64,000 nt of DNA, from assembly GCA_050304475.1 (NCBI GenBank), contig JBNLDQ010000026.1, positions 376 through 64,375 on the forward strand, written 5' to 3'. The position numbers and the translations under genes are program-made. How positions within the stretch are numbered: position 1 is the first letter of the stretch; every line of letters starts with the position of its first letter. Shown piece after piece: positions 34,842 to 44,330 of the stretch. Under the pieces are notes generated by a model. That model searched no databases. It was not told the origin of the DNA and saw only the letters and a list, made by a program, of their open reading frames with translations. Source of the stretch: Turneriellaceae bacterium (GTDB taxonomy: Bacteria; Spirochaetota; Leptospiria; Turneriellales; JAOUFE01).

Positions 34842-34970
34842 AAAGTTCGTTTCGATTTTCAGCGGAAATCTCGCAAAATTTTATGGCCTAAAAGGTACAT
34901 TTTCGATAACTTGGTACTGTTTACAAAAAATTATCGGACAAAAGAGAGAAAATGGGGGTTAAACAAACGT

Positions 34971-35294
34971 ATGGATGAATATCGGAAAGGAATTCGCTTT
35001 GATCCTGAGCCCATGGATACCGCTATTATTGCCGTTTCGGATGAGGCTCGTCAAAATTACAACAACAGGGGCTATGCTTTTCGCGGCGATATCCCCGCTT
35101 TGATTGAAAATGAGTCGCATACCGGTTGCAGCCTCTTGGTGATCCTTCACGGAGAAGAGGAGAGCGGACTTCTTCAATTGGATACGCCTTGTGTCGTTAA
35201 ATTGGGGAAACTCAACCCTTTGGCCGGGGTTGTAAAATGGAAAAAAGAGATTGAGGAAAATATTTTTCGCATTGGCATTGAAATCACGGAATAG
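34971..35294 (+). CDS. Putative PilZ-domain protein
   Basis: It has an RxxxR-like motif (RKGIR) near the N-terminus and ENESHTGCSLLV resembling the D/NxSxxG motif. The track start is a TTG at 34911. Domain assignment is tentative. Confidence 0.45.
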   Translation: MDEYRKGIRFDPEPMDTAIIAVSDEARQNYNNRGYAFRGDIPALIENESHTGCSLLVILHGEEESGLLQLDTPCVVKLGKLNPLAGVVKWKKEIEENIFRIGIEITE

Positions 35295-35375
35295 GCAGGC
35301 GCTGCCGCTTTTCATTGAAAAAACATTGCCGGGTCAGACCAAAATATAAACCTGTAAACCTGCGGAAGGTGTTAT

Positions 35376-36299
35376 ATGTCAAATCAATCCTCAAAACAAA
35401 ATAGATACGAACCTATCACTGGCGAGGTTCCGGAAAATCGCAAAGAGCTGTTTTTGGATCTTATCCGGGAAGCCTCTACCAATTTGCCGGGCGATGTCGT
35501 TCGGGAAATCGAAAAGCGTAGGGCGAACGAAAACCCCGAATCGCAAGCCGCAAGGGCTCTTGGCATTATTCTTGAGAATATCGACCTTGCCTGCAACATG
35601 GAGACCCCGATCTGCCAGGATACCGGGACCGTTATTTTTCATATTGAATACCCCACCGGGCTCAGCACCCTTGACTTAAAAGAAGATCTTACGGCTGCGG
35701 TTGTCGAGGCTACCAAACGCGGGTATCTGCGCCCGAACTCTGTCGACTCGGTTACCGGCGAGAACCCCGGCGACAATACCGGCATCGGTTCGCCCGCCTT
35801 CTTTTTTGAAGAAACCCGCGGCAAAAAATTAAAAATTCAACTCATGCTTAAGGGCGGCGGCTGCGAAAATGTCGGCGCTCAATATACTTTGCCCCATGTT
35901 CCCCTTGACGCCGGACGAGATATCAAAGGCGTAAAAAAAGTGGTTCTTGACGCTGTCGTCAAAGCCCAGGGCAAAGGCTGCTCGCCCGGAATTCTTGGCG
36001 TTGGTATTGGCGGCGACCGCGTCACCAGCGCTTTAAAAGCCAAAGACCAAATCTTTCGGCCGCTGACTGACACCAACCCCGACCCTGTTTTGGCGGAAAT
36101 GGAAAGCGACATTCTCGAAAAAGCCAACAAACTGGGTATTGGTCCCATGGGTTTTGGGGGGTCTACCACGCTTTTAGGCGTTAAAGTCGCTAAAATGCAC
36201 CGGGTGCCGGCCAGTTTTATTGTCAGCATTGCTTACATGTGCTGGGCCACCCGCCGTAAAACTCTGAAAATTGAAGACAAACGCTATGTCATTGAATAA
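35376..36299 (+). CDS. Class I (Fe-S) fumarate/tartrate hydro-lyase, alpha subunit
   Basis: It has PICQDTGTVIFHIEYP, and the LKGGGCENVG and GIGGDR patterns. The beta subunit gene follows. Confidence 0.85.
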   Translation: MSNQSSKQNRYEPITGEVPENRKELFLDLIREASTNLPGDVVREIEKRRANENPESQAARALGIILENIDLACNMETPICQDTGTVIFHIEYPTGLSTLDLKEDLTAAVVEATKRGYLRPNSVDSVTGENPGDNTGIGSPAFFFEETRGKKLKIQLMLKGGGCENVGAQYTLPHVPLDAGRDIKGVKKVVLDAVVKAQGKGCSPGILGVGIGGDRVTSALKAKDQIFRPLTDTNPDPVLAEMESDILEKANKLGIGPMGFGGSTTLLGVKVAKMHRVPASFIVSIAYMCWATRRKTLKIEDKRYVIE

Positions 36300-36348
36300 T
36301 CATTGATTTCGCAAACCGCTAAGTTCAAGTAAAAACACAGGAGAAAAC

Positions 36349-36984
36349 ATGGCCACAGATATCATACCCCTTCACTCCCCCAACATCACGGAAGAGCAAA
36401 TCAGGGCTTTGAAAAAAGGCGATATTGTCTCAATTACCGGCAGAGTTGTCACCGGCCGCGATGTTGCCCATAAATACTTAAAAGACGCCTTTTTTTATAA
36501 AGAGACCTATGACCCGAAAGACGCCGAGGTATTGAACGAACTAAAAACCCACCTGCAGGGCGGAATTCTGTATCATTGCGGTCCTGTCGTTGTCAAAGAC
36601 GAAAATGGCAATTACAAATTTACCGCCGCCGGCCCCACCACCTCTATCCGGGAAGAACCGTACGAGTATGACACCATTAAACTTCTGGGTCTGCGCGGGG
36701 TCATTGGCAAAGGCGGCATGGGCCCGAAAACCCTCAAGGGTTGCCGCGATTTTGGCGCGGTTTATTTGCATGCTATTGGCGGCGCCGCAACCTATACCGC
36801 CCGGCGGGTCGTTAAGGTACATGGCCTTTTAAAAGAAGAATTTGGCACACCCGAAGCGTTCTGGATCATTGACGTTGAAAACTTTGAGTGTATTGTTACC
36901 ATGGATTCTCATGGCAACAGTCTTCATGACAGCGTTGAAGAGACATCGCAAAATATTCAAAAAGAACTCAACTCCGCTTTTTAA
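36349..36984 (+). CDS. Class I (Fe-S) fumarate/tartrate hydro-lyase, beta subunit
   Basis: It has GRVVTGRDVAHKYL, YHCGPVV and IGKGGMG motifs. Confidence 0.85.
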   Translation: MATDIIPLHSPNITEEQIRALKKGDIVSITGRVVTGRDVAHKYLKDAFFYKETYDPKDAEVLNELKTHLQGGILYHCGPVVVKDENGNYKFTAAGPTTSIREEPYEYDTIKLLGLRGVIGKGGMGPKTLKGCRDFGAVYLHAIGGAATYTARRVVKVHGLLKEEFGTPEAFWIIDVENFECIVTMDSHGNSLHDSVEETSQNIQKELNSAF

Positions 36985-37018
36985 CGAAATGAACTTTCCC
37001 CGGAAGTGACGTCTGGAT

Positions 37019-38305
37019 ATGAAACCCCAAAACGTTCGGCTGCTTCTCATCGGATCGGAACTTTTAAACGGTTATATTGCCGATAAAAATCTCGCGTACT
37101 TTGCCCGAAAACTGTATAACCTGGGGCACCGTGTCATTGAAACGCGCATTATCCACGATTCTCCGGAAGCCATTTTAAGCGTGTTAAACGAATGGTCGAA
37201 AACCGGGGATCTTTTAATTACTACCGGCGGCCTTGGGCCGACCGATGACGATACCACTGTTGATACGCTTTGCTCTTGGCTTGGCGTCGAACCTGAATTT
37301 AACCAGGATATTATCAAAAGAATTGAAAAAGTGATTTTTGAACGTTATAAGAGTGAAAACCGCATGAATGAAGAGCTGAAAAAGCGGATCTTGCGGCAGG
37401 CTCGCATACCCAAAGGCGCTATCGCCCTCAAAAACACCGCCGGCCTTGCCCCCGGTATTTTTCTCCCGGACGTTCCTTTGATTGCGTTGCCGGGTTTTCC
37501 GGTTGAAATTGAATCGATCTGGCCGGATGCGCAAAAACGGATCGAGAGCCTTGCGTTAGCCCGTTTCGCCTCTCGCGTTGTACCGATCTGGGGCGTCGCC
37601 GAAGGCACTCTCTTTGACACGATTCATCCGCCGGAAAAAATTCAAATGGGGGTTCACGCCCTGCCCTGGGGCAGTAAGCTCTTTTTCATGACGCCGCTGG
37701 GTTCCCCGGAGGATGAAAAAAAGCTTGATGATTTTGTTCAGGAAATTGAAAGAAAGTATAAGCGCCATATCATGGATGACCCGGTGGAAACCTGGGTCGC
37801 TTATTTGCAAAAAATTTCTCTTACGTTTGCCACCGCCGAGAGCTGTACCGGCGGTTTAGGCGCCAAGCTTGCCACCGATCTTGCCGGCGTCTCTTCGGTT
37901 TACCGCGGCAGCGCCGTCGCATATGCCAATGAAATCAAAGAAAACATTCTTGGCGTTTCTCATTCGATCATTGAACAATATGGCGCCGTCAGCAAAGAAA
38001 CGGCTCAAGCCATGGCGGAAAACACCCGGGAAAAATTCAAAACCGGTTTTGCCTTTTCTACCACGGGCATTGCCGGTCCTTCGGGCGGCACCCCGGAAAA
38101 GCCGCTGGGCACCGTTTACATTGGCATCGCATCGCATGCTCATGAGACGCTGGTTGGTAAGTTTTTGTTTCCGTTTAGCCGCGACCGTTTTCGCGAGGCT
38201 GTGGTTTACACAGCTTATTTGGCGTTATGCCAGCGTTTTTGTCTTATGGCAAACAAAACGGAATGGGATAATTCACACCTTGGTAAAATCTTTCGCCCCG
38301 TATGA
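37019..38305 (+). CDS. cinA: CinA-family protein (MoCF-like N-domain plus nicotinamide-nucleotide amidase C-domain)
   Basis: IGSELLNGYIADKN, TTGGLGPTDDD and ATAESCTGGLGA are present. Confidence 0.85.
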   Translation: MKPQNVRLLLIGSELLNGYIADKNLAYFARKLYNLGHRVIETRIIHDSPEAILSVLNEWSKTGDLLITTGGLGPTDDDTTVDTLCSWLGVEPEFNQDIIKRIEKVIFERYKSENRMNEELKKRILRQARIPKGAIALKNTAGLAPGIFLPDVPLIALPGFPVEIESIWPDAQKRIESLALARFASRVVPIWGVAEGTLFDTIHPPEKIQMGVHALPWGSKLFFMTPLGSPEDEKKLDDFVQEIERKYKRHIMDDPVETWVAYLQKISLTFATAESCTGGLGAKLATDLAGVSSVYRGSAVAYANEIKENILGVSHSIIEQYGAVSKETAQAMAENTREKFKTGFAFSTTGIAGPSGGTPEKPLGTVYIGIASHAHETLVGKFLFPFSRDRFREAVVYTAYLALCQRFCLMANKTEWDNSHLGKIFRPV

Positions 38306-38349
38306 CCCGAAAGCGGACGGAGCTTGCCGTGTTCGTAGACGGCGAATTC

Positions 38350-38703
38350 TTACCCCACGACCGGGTAATGGTCGTCAAATGAAGATTCGGTGGTAAAATA
38401 CAGCAGAGTATTTAAACGGGCCATACGAATGACGCTTAAGATTGCCTCGGAAGCACCGAAATAAATCAGCTCGACCCCGTGTTGTTTTGACTCCTGGACC
38501 AGTTTAATCAGTATGCTCAGGCCCGAAGAATCGACCATCTCCAGAAATTTCATATTCAACCCTATCGCTTTATGACCGTCTTCTTTCATCATACCAAGCA
38601 TGTAGGTTTCAAATTCGGGACTATTGGCCATGGTAAGGCGACCGGTGCAAAGAAGCTCGATGGCCCCTTCGCGTAAAATCGGTTTTAAATTTAAATCTTT
38701 CAT
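38350..38703 (-). CDS. STAS-domain anti-sigma-factor antagonist-like protein
   Basis: It is 117 aa. MKFLEMVDSSGLSILIKLVQES is the typical SpoIIAA-like segment (DSSGL). Confidence 0.75.
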   Translation of the reverse strand: MKDLNLKPILREGAIELLCTGRLTMANSPEFETYMLGMMKEDGHKAIGLNMKFLEMVDSSGLSILIKLVQESKQHGVELIYFGASEAILSVIRMARLNTLLYFTTESSFDDHYPVVG

Positions 38704-39037
38704 GAAATTTATACTCTGAAAATAGAATTTTAGGGGCGAGTTTTGGTGTAAACTATTATTCTACCTAAAATATTTTTTTTATATTCTGGAAATTATTCAT
38801 TCCAAACCTGGGGCCGGCTTTTCTCGCATTGCTTTGGGCTTGACGTTTGCCGGGAATATTTGTTGGGGGGAGCTTCATCCGGCGTTATTTTCTTGAAATG
38901 ACGCCGGATGAAGCGGGGGGGGGAAGACTTTCCCCCCTTTCGCCTCTTTTTTGCCAGAAAAAATCCGTTGAGCGCAATTACCTGGAAAAATTGTATACAC
39001 TGCCTGCGAGTTTGTCGATATTTGTATAGATAGCCTT

Positions 39038-39676
39038 ATGGAAATTGAAGCGAAAAGCGAATTTAGTTATATTCTCCAGTCCAATGAGCTGGCGAAACGG
39101 ATAGCCGGGCATGCTATTATCATTAAGTTAAACGCGCTTAACGCGCTTTTGCTTGCTTTGCGCCTGGATGAAAATATGCAGGGGTATATCGTGGTTACCG
39201 ATGAGTTTATTCGTTTCAGCAAGGAAATCATTGACTTGGCTGGTGGTTTGCGGCACAAAATCAATATCCAGGTGCAAGACATTTCCACTCAATTGAAGTT
39301 TGAGAACAAGTACCGTCTTTTTAACCGCGCCATTACGCGCTCTTCCCGGGCCGTTATGCTGGAGAGCGTCGGTACATTTATGGATGTGAACATGAAACGA
39401 ATGAACGGCTTTATCGGCAATATGTATACGTACGGTTCCGATGTTCTTACGTTGTTGCGCCGCAGCGAAAAATTTATTTTGCGGGGCGATATCCTGGCAA
39501 TGCAGGCAAAAATTGAAGGCGCCTATGCGGAGACTTCGCAGGAAATTTTCAAAGATGTTGCCAGCTCTCTGCATGACTCGATTCAGGATATCAAGAAAGC
39601 TGTCTCTTCAATGATTGGTATTTTGGAAACCCATTTAAAAGAATATGAGCAAAAAAAAGATTTAGTGGAAAAGTGA
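39038..39676 (+). CDS. Short soluble MCP-like protein with a divergent signalling tip
   Basis: LNALLLALRLDENMQGYIVVTDEFIRFSK aligns without gaps to the MCP tip consensus [29 protein letters not shown]. There is no TM or sensor domain. Its stop lies 1 nt before the next ATG. Confidence 0.5.
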   Translation: MEIEAKSEFSYILQSNELAKRIAGHAIIIKLNALNALLLALRLDENMQGYIVVTDEFIRFSKEIIDLAGGLRHKINIQVQDISTQLKFENKYRLFNRAITRSSRAVMLESVGTFMDVNMKRMNGFIGNMYTYGSDVLTLLRRSEKFILRGDILAMQAKIEGAYAETSQEIFKDVASSLHDSIQDIKKAVSSMIGILETHLKEYEQKKDLVEK

Positions 39677-39677
39677 C

Positions 39678-40574
39678 ATGAAGAAATTGACGCACATTTA
39701 TCAAGAGCCTAACCATTCCTGGGCTGTGGCGCACCGCGACCCGGAGCGCCCTGACTATATTATCGATACCAATGAGTATATTATCTCTATCGATGATGAG
39801 ACCATCATAACCGACCCCGGCGGAATGGAGGTTTTTCCTTCGGTATTTACTGCGATTACCGGCGATTATAACCCCGAAGAGATCAAGGCGATTTTCGCGT
39901 CTCACCAGGATCCGGATATCATTTCTTCATTGTCGCTCTGGCTTGAAATTAACCCGCGCATGAAATGTTACATATCCTGGCTTTGGGGCAATTTTATTCC
40001 TCACTTTGGCGGCAACAAAAGCACGTTTAAACTTATTCCCGACGAGGGGATGGAAATTCGCTTGGGCGGCAAACGACTGCAAGCCATACCCGCGCACCAC
40101 CTTCATTCTGCCGGGAATTTTCATTTGTATGACCCCCAGGCCCGTATTTTATTTTCGGGGGATGTCGGAGCGGCGCTTTTGCATACCATTGATATTTATG
40201 TCCGCGACTTTGATAAACACATTCAATATGCCAAAAAATTTCACCAGCGCTGGATGGGTTCCAAGGAGTGCAAACTCAACTGGTGCGAGCGCGTATCTCA
40301 AATGGAGATCAATATGCTGGCCCCGCAGCATGGCTGCATTTACCGGGGGAAAGACGTAGAGCGCTTCATCAACTGGTTTGCCGAACTACCCATTGGCATT
40401 GCAGAGTGCCATAGCGACATGGCCAAAGCGCAAGAAGAAGAGACGGATGAAGAAGAACCGGAAATTGAAATCATTGAAGAAGAGACGGAACTTGCGGATA
40501 AACCCGCAAACGGCGATGCAAATGGCGAATCCGATGATATTGAAATTGATGACGAAATTGAGTTTGTCGACTGA
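39678..40574 (+). CDS. MBL-fold, ODP/flavodiiron-N-domain-like protein with an acidic C-terminal tail
   Basis: It has a variant metal motif (ASHQDPD) and later IPAHHLHSAGNFHLYD and FSGDVGAA. The tail is EEETDEEEPEIEIIEEETELADKPANGDANGESDDIEIDDEIEFVD. Confidence 0.55.
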   Translation: MKKLTHIYQEPNHSWAVAHRDPERPDYIIDTNEYIISIDDETIITDPGGMEVFPSVFTAITGDYNPEEIKAIFASHQDPDIISSLSLWLEINPRMKCYISWLWGNFIPHFGGNKSTFKLIPDEGMEIRLGGKRLQAIPAHHLHSAGNFHLYDPQARILFSGDVGAALLHTIDIYVRDFDKHIQYAKKFHQRWMGSKECKLNWCERVSQMEINMLAPQHGCIYRGKDVERFINWFAELPIGIAECHSDMAKAQEEETDEEEPEIEIIEEETELADKPANGDANGESDDIEIDDEIEFVD

Positions 40575-40679
40575 TTCTTTTGCTTTACCTTCGCTTTTCG
40601 CTTGTTTTTAAAAACGGAGAAATCCTGACTTTGGCTGGACAACCCCACTTTGGCTGAAAAATTGGCAGGTTTGTATATC

Positions 40680-41213
40680 ATGAAAAAATTCAACATACGT
40701 TTTATTTGTATTGTTATTATTGTCTGGGCCGCCGATACGTTCTCAAAACTTTGGGCCGTCAAAGCGCTAACCTCTCAACCGAAGCTGGAGTTTCTGGGCG
40801 AGCTGTTGCAATTTCGGCTGATTTATAACACCGGCGGGATCTTTGGCGTGGCGCCCGGCAACGCTCTTGTTTTTCAAGCCTTAACCGGAATGGCAATTAC
40901 GTTTTTATTGCTATATTATTACAAGCACCCCGACCGCGGCAGTTTGTTTGATTTGTCTATTTCGCTGGTTTTAGGCGGAGCCCTTGGCAACTTTACCGAC
41001 CGTTTTTTTCGGCCCGGCGTTGTCGACTTTATCGATATGGATTTTTTTGATATTCCCGCTATCGGAATTTACCGCTGGCCCACCTACAACATTGCGGATG
41101 CTTTTATATCCGTCGGTACCGTTTTGATGATTATTTCGTTTCTTAGTTTTGAAAGAGTGCAGGCGAAAAAAGATAAGCAAGACGAAGAGCGCGCGCTTCA
41201 TACCGATCGCTGA
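40680..41213 (+). CDS. lspA: Lipoprotein signal peptidase II
   Basis: It has the NTGGIFG and YNIADAFISVG motifs and four TM segments. The start was set at MKKFNIRF; the track TTG start is 40650. Confidence 0.85.
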   Translation: MKKFNIRFICIVIIVWAADTFSKLWAVKALTSQPKLEFLGELLQFRLIYNTGGIFGVAPGNALVFQALTGMAITFLLLYYYKHPDRGSLFDLSISLVLGGALGNFTDRFFRPGVVDFIDMDFFDIPAIGIYRWPTYNIADAFISVGTVLMIISFLSFERVQAKKDKQDEERALHTDR

Positions 41214-41238
41214 ACCAAAATCGCAGCGTAATCGCAAC

Positions 41239-42243
41239 GTGAACAAACGCTTTACACTATCCGAAAATACAAGGCTTGATACGGGTATTGCGCAGACCTA
41301 CCCTGATCTTTTTTCCAGGGCAAAGGCTCAAAAATTAATACGCGAAGAGAAGGTTCGCGTGAACGGCAAAACCTGCGCCAAACCCTCGTTTGCCAGCGAA
41401 ATGACTTCGGAAGTCGATTTTGATTTTGAACCTGAAACTTCGTTTGTATTAAAACCCAACGACAAAGGGGTTCCGATTGTATACCAGGACAATGACCTGG
41501 CGATCATTCACAAACCGTCCGGGATCACCGTTCACCCCGGGGCCGGGAATCGAAACGATACCCTGGTTCATTCTCTTTTAGCGCAACTGGAAACGCTCTC
41601 TACCGGGGTTGACCCGCAAAGGCCCGGCATCATACACCGCCTTGACCGGGAAACGGAAGGCTTGATGGTGGTGGCAAAGACCAATCTGGCCCATCGCGTG
41701 ATTGCCGAAGCGTTTCAAAACCGGGAAGTGGAAAAGGAATACCTTGCCTGGGTATGGGGGCGAACAGAAGCCGAAGGCGTTGCCGAGGGTTTTATTGGCA
41801 GACACCGGACCATTCGGCGCAAAATGGTTTTTTTGGATCAGCCGCAAGACGAGACCTGGAAAAGCGCCTCTCTGGACTACCGGCTTGAAAAATGGCTCGA
41901 CCCCTTTTCGCTGGTCCGAATTCGCCTGCACACCGGCCGCACTCATCAAATCCGCGCTACTTTTTCTTATCTCAACCACCCGGTTGTCGGAGATCCTCTT
42001 TACTCTAAAATTCACCGCCGGGTTCAAAATGCGGGGTTAAGCGCAAATACCGAAAAAATTCTCGAAAAGCGCGGCATGCTTTTGATTGCCAGCCGCTTGT
42101 CTTTTCAACACCCCACCAGCGGAAAAAAACTGGAATTTACGTTACCCCTGCCCGAACGCTTTCATCTTGACACCCTTATGGAAATCAAACAACGTGAAAC
42201 GCTCCCCGGGAGTGGCGCAAACTCCGGAACATTGGAAGCATAA
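41239..42243 (+). CDS. rluD: RluA/RluD-family 23S rRNA pseudouridine synthase
   Basis: It has an S4-like N-terminus and the catalytic motif HRLDRETEGLMVVAK. The start was placed at an in-frame GTG just after the lspA stop; the track ORF begins at 41149 inside lspA. Confidence 0.8.
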   Translation: MNKRFTLSENTRLDTGIAQTYPDLFSRAKAQKLIREEKVRVNGKTCAKPSFASEMTSEVDFDFEPETSFVLKPNDKGVPIVYQDNDLAIIHKPSGITVHPGAGNRNDTLVHSLLAQLETLSTGVDPQRPGIIHRLDRETEGLMVVAKTNLAHRVIAEAFQNREVEKEYLAWVWGRTEAEGVAEGFIGRHRTIRRKMVFLDQPQDETWKSASLDYRLEKWLDPFSLVRIRLHTGRTHQIRATFSYLNHPVVGDPLYSKIHRRVQNAGLSANTEKILEKRGMLLIASRLSFQHPTSGKKLEFTLPLPERFHLDTLMEIKQRETLPGSGANSGTLEA

Positions 42244-42272
42244 ATAAAAGATGTCTTTAGCGAAGATACTCA

Positions 42273-44330
42273 ATGAACTCTGCCCGGGATAATATCGAAG
42301 ACACGGAAAAAAAACGAATTCGGGAACACTTGCTGGAGCGCGTTCGCCTTGCGCCTTCAACCCCCGGCTGCTATCTATGGCTGGGCGAGAACGAAGAACC
42401 GGGTTCGGATCGAAAAGTTCTCTATGTCGGTAAAGCGATCAATTTGCGCTCGCGCACCCGGCAATATCTCAATACCGACGATTATAAAACTCTCTTTCTC
42501 ATGGCCAGGGTGCGCGACATCGACTGGATCTCAACCAACAATGAGGTGGAGGCGCTGCTCCTTGAAAATAATCTCATTAAAAAACACAACCCGCCGTATA
42601 ACGTACGCCTGCGCGACGATAAAAGTTACCCCTATCTTTGTTTGACCATGGGCGAGCCTTTCCCCCGGTTGATTGTCACGCGAAAAAAGAAGAACCCGAA
42701 GCACTTGTATTTCGGCCCATACATCGACGCCGGGGCCGCCCGCAATACATTGGCATTGATCCACCGGATTTTTCCTATCCGGAAAAGGGCTCTGAAACTG
42801 CCTTTAAAAAAGCCGGCTCGCCCCTGCCTGAACTATCATATTGGCCGTTGTCTTTCACCGTGCAGCGGCAAGGTGGGCATCGAAGAGTATGGGGAACTGA
42901 TACAAAAAATAAAATCTTTTCTCGAAGGAAAAAACGACGAGCTGGTCCGGTTGCTGCAAAAAGAGATGGGCGAGTTTTCGGAAAACCAAGAGTATGAGAA
43001 AGCGGCAGCCAGGCGGGACATGCTGCGGGACATTGAAACCCTTTACGCCGATCAATCCGTTCATGCCGAAGAAGAAAACCAAAACTACGATGTCATTGGC
43101 ATGTATGTCGTCTCCAGGCGCGAGCTGGCCGAATCTCTGGATATGGAAACAATCAGCTACCAGCGGCAATTTCGGGAACAATCGGCTTACCTGGCTCAAT
43201 TTGTTCTGTTGCGCGTGAGAAACGGCAACTTGATCAATAAGGGAGCCTACACCATGACGGATATTCCCGCTGAAAAAGACGATGAAAATTTACGCAATGA
43301 ATTTATGGACGGGTTTTTTCGGGAATACTATTTGCAATTGCCCGACCCGCCGCCCAGGATTTTTGCCGGCTCCCCTTTTTTTAACGGCGAGATCTGGAGC
43401 CAGGCCATCAAAAAAAGCGCCGGGGTTTCGGCAGAGATCATTTCGCCGGAAAACGGCAGCTTAAAACATACCGCCCCGGAGGGGCAAGGTGCAAACCGGG
43501 GTTTAATGAAAATGGCCGTAAACAACGCGCGCCTGACGTTAAGAGAAAAAGTGCTTTCGGAGCAAATTCGAAACCAAAGATTCGGGTTGCGCCAAATTCA
43601 AAAATTTCTCGATCTGGAACGCCTGCCGGAAATTATCGAGTGTTACGACATTTCAAACATACAAGGCAAACAAGCGGTCGGTTGCGGGGTCTACTTAAAA
43701 AACGGGATTCCATACAAGGCCGGTTACAGGCGCTACAAAATCAGGACCAAAGAGACGCCCGACGACCCGGCGATGATGCATGAAGTCCTGGACCGGCGTC
43801 TTGCCCGGTTAAAGAGCGATAAACGCGAAATCGCGGCGCCTGATTTGATTGTCATTGACGGGGGCGCCACCCAACTCAATGCCGCGCTGGAAGCCCGCAG
43901 GAAAAACGGAGCGAAAATACCGATGATCGGCTTGGCAAAAAAGCTGGAAGAAATTTACACCGAAGAGGGTGAAATTTTGCAAATGGATAAAAACAGCCCC
44001 GGTATGCTCATTTTGCGTTTGGCCCGCGATGAAGCGCATCGTTTTTCTGTTTCTTATCACCGGACCCTGCGCAACAAGAAAAGTTTAACATCTTCGTTTG
44101 CCGCCATACCGGGGATGGGCCCGCAAAAAACGGCCAAAGTTTTGGAGATGATTCAAAACGGAAAGCTTTCCGGTTCGGACCGCAAGAAGTTGCGCGAAAC
44201 AGCCATCTCAATCAAGGGAGTCACCCCGGAAATGGCCGATCGCATTGTTGAAACAATTCAAACGATTGAATCGATTCGCTCGGCTTCGCCGGAAAAAGAA
44301 ACTACGGAAAAGTCAAACGAAGCGGATTAA
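42273..44330 (+). CDS. uvrC: Excinuclease ABC subunit C
   Basis: It has a GIY-YIG N-terminus (GCYLW...LYVGKAINLRSR), a UVR domain (YEKAAARRDMLRDIE) and a C-terminal endonuclease/HhH region. Confidence 0.95.
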   Translation: MNSARDNIEDTEKKRIREHLLERVRLAPSTPGCYLWLGENEEPGSDRKVLYVGKAINLRSRTRQYLNTDDYKTLFLMARVRDIDWISTNNEVEALLLENNLIKKHNPPYNVRLRDDKSYPYLCLTMGEPFPRLIVTRKKKNPKHLYFGPYIDAGAARNTLALIHRIFPIRKRALKLPLKKPARPCLNYHIGRCLSPCSGKVGIEEYGELIQKIKSFLEGKNDELVRLLQKEMGEFSENQEYEKAAARRDMLRDIETLYADQSVHAEEENQNYDVIGMYVVSRRELAESLDMETISYQRQFREQSAYLAQFVLLRVRNGNLINKGAYTMTDIPAEKDDENLRNEFMDGFFREYYLQLPDPPPRIFAGSPFFNGEIWSQAIKKSAGVSAEIISPENGSLKHTAPEGQGANRGLMKMAVNNARLTLREKVLSEQIRNQRFGLRQIQKFLDLERLPEIIECYDISNIQGKQAVGCGVYLKNGIPYKAGYRRYKIRTKETPDDPAMMHEVLDRRLARLKSDKREIAAPDLIVIDGGATQLNAALEARRKNGAKIPMIGLAKKLEEIYTEEGEILQMDKNSPGMLILRLARDEAHRFSVSYHRTLRNKKSLTSSFAAIPGMGPQKTAKVLEMIQNGKLSGSDRKKLRETAISIKGVTPEMADRIVETIQTIESIRSASPEKETTEKSNEAD

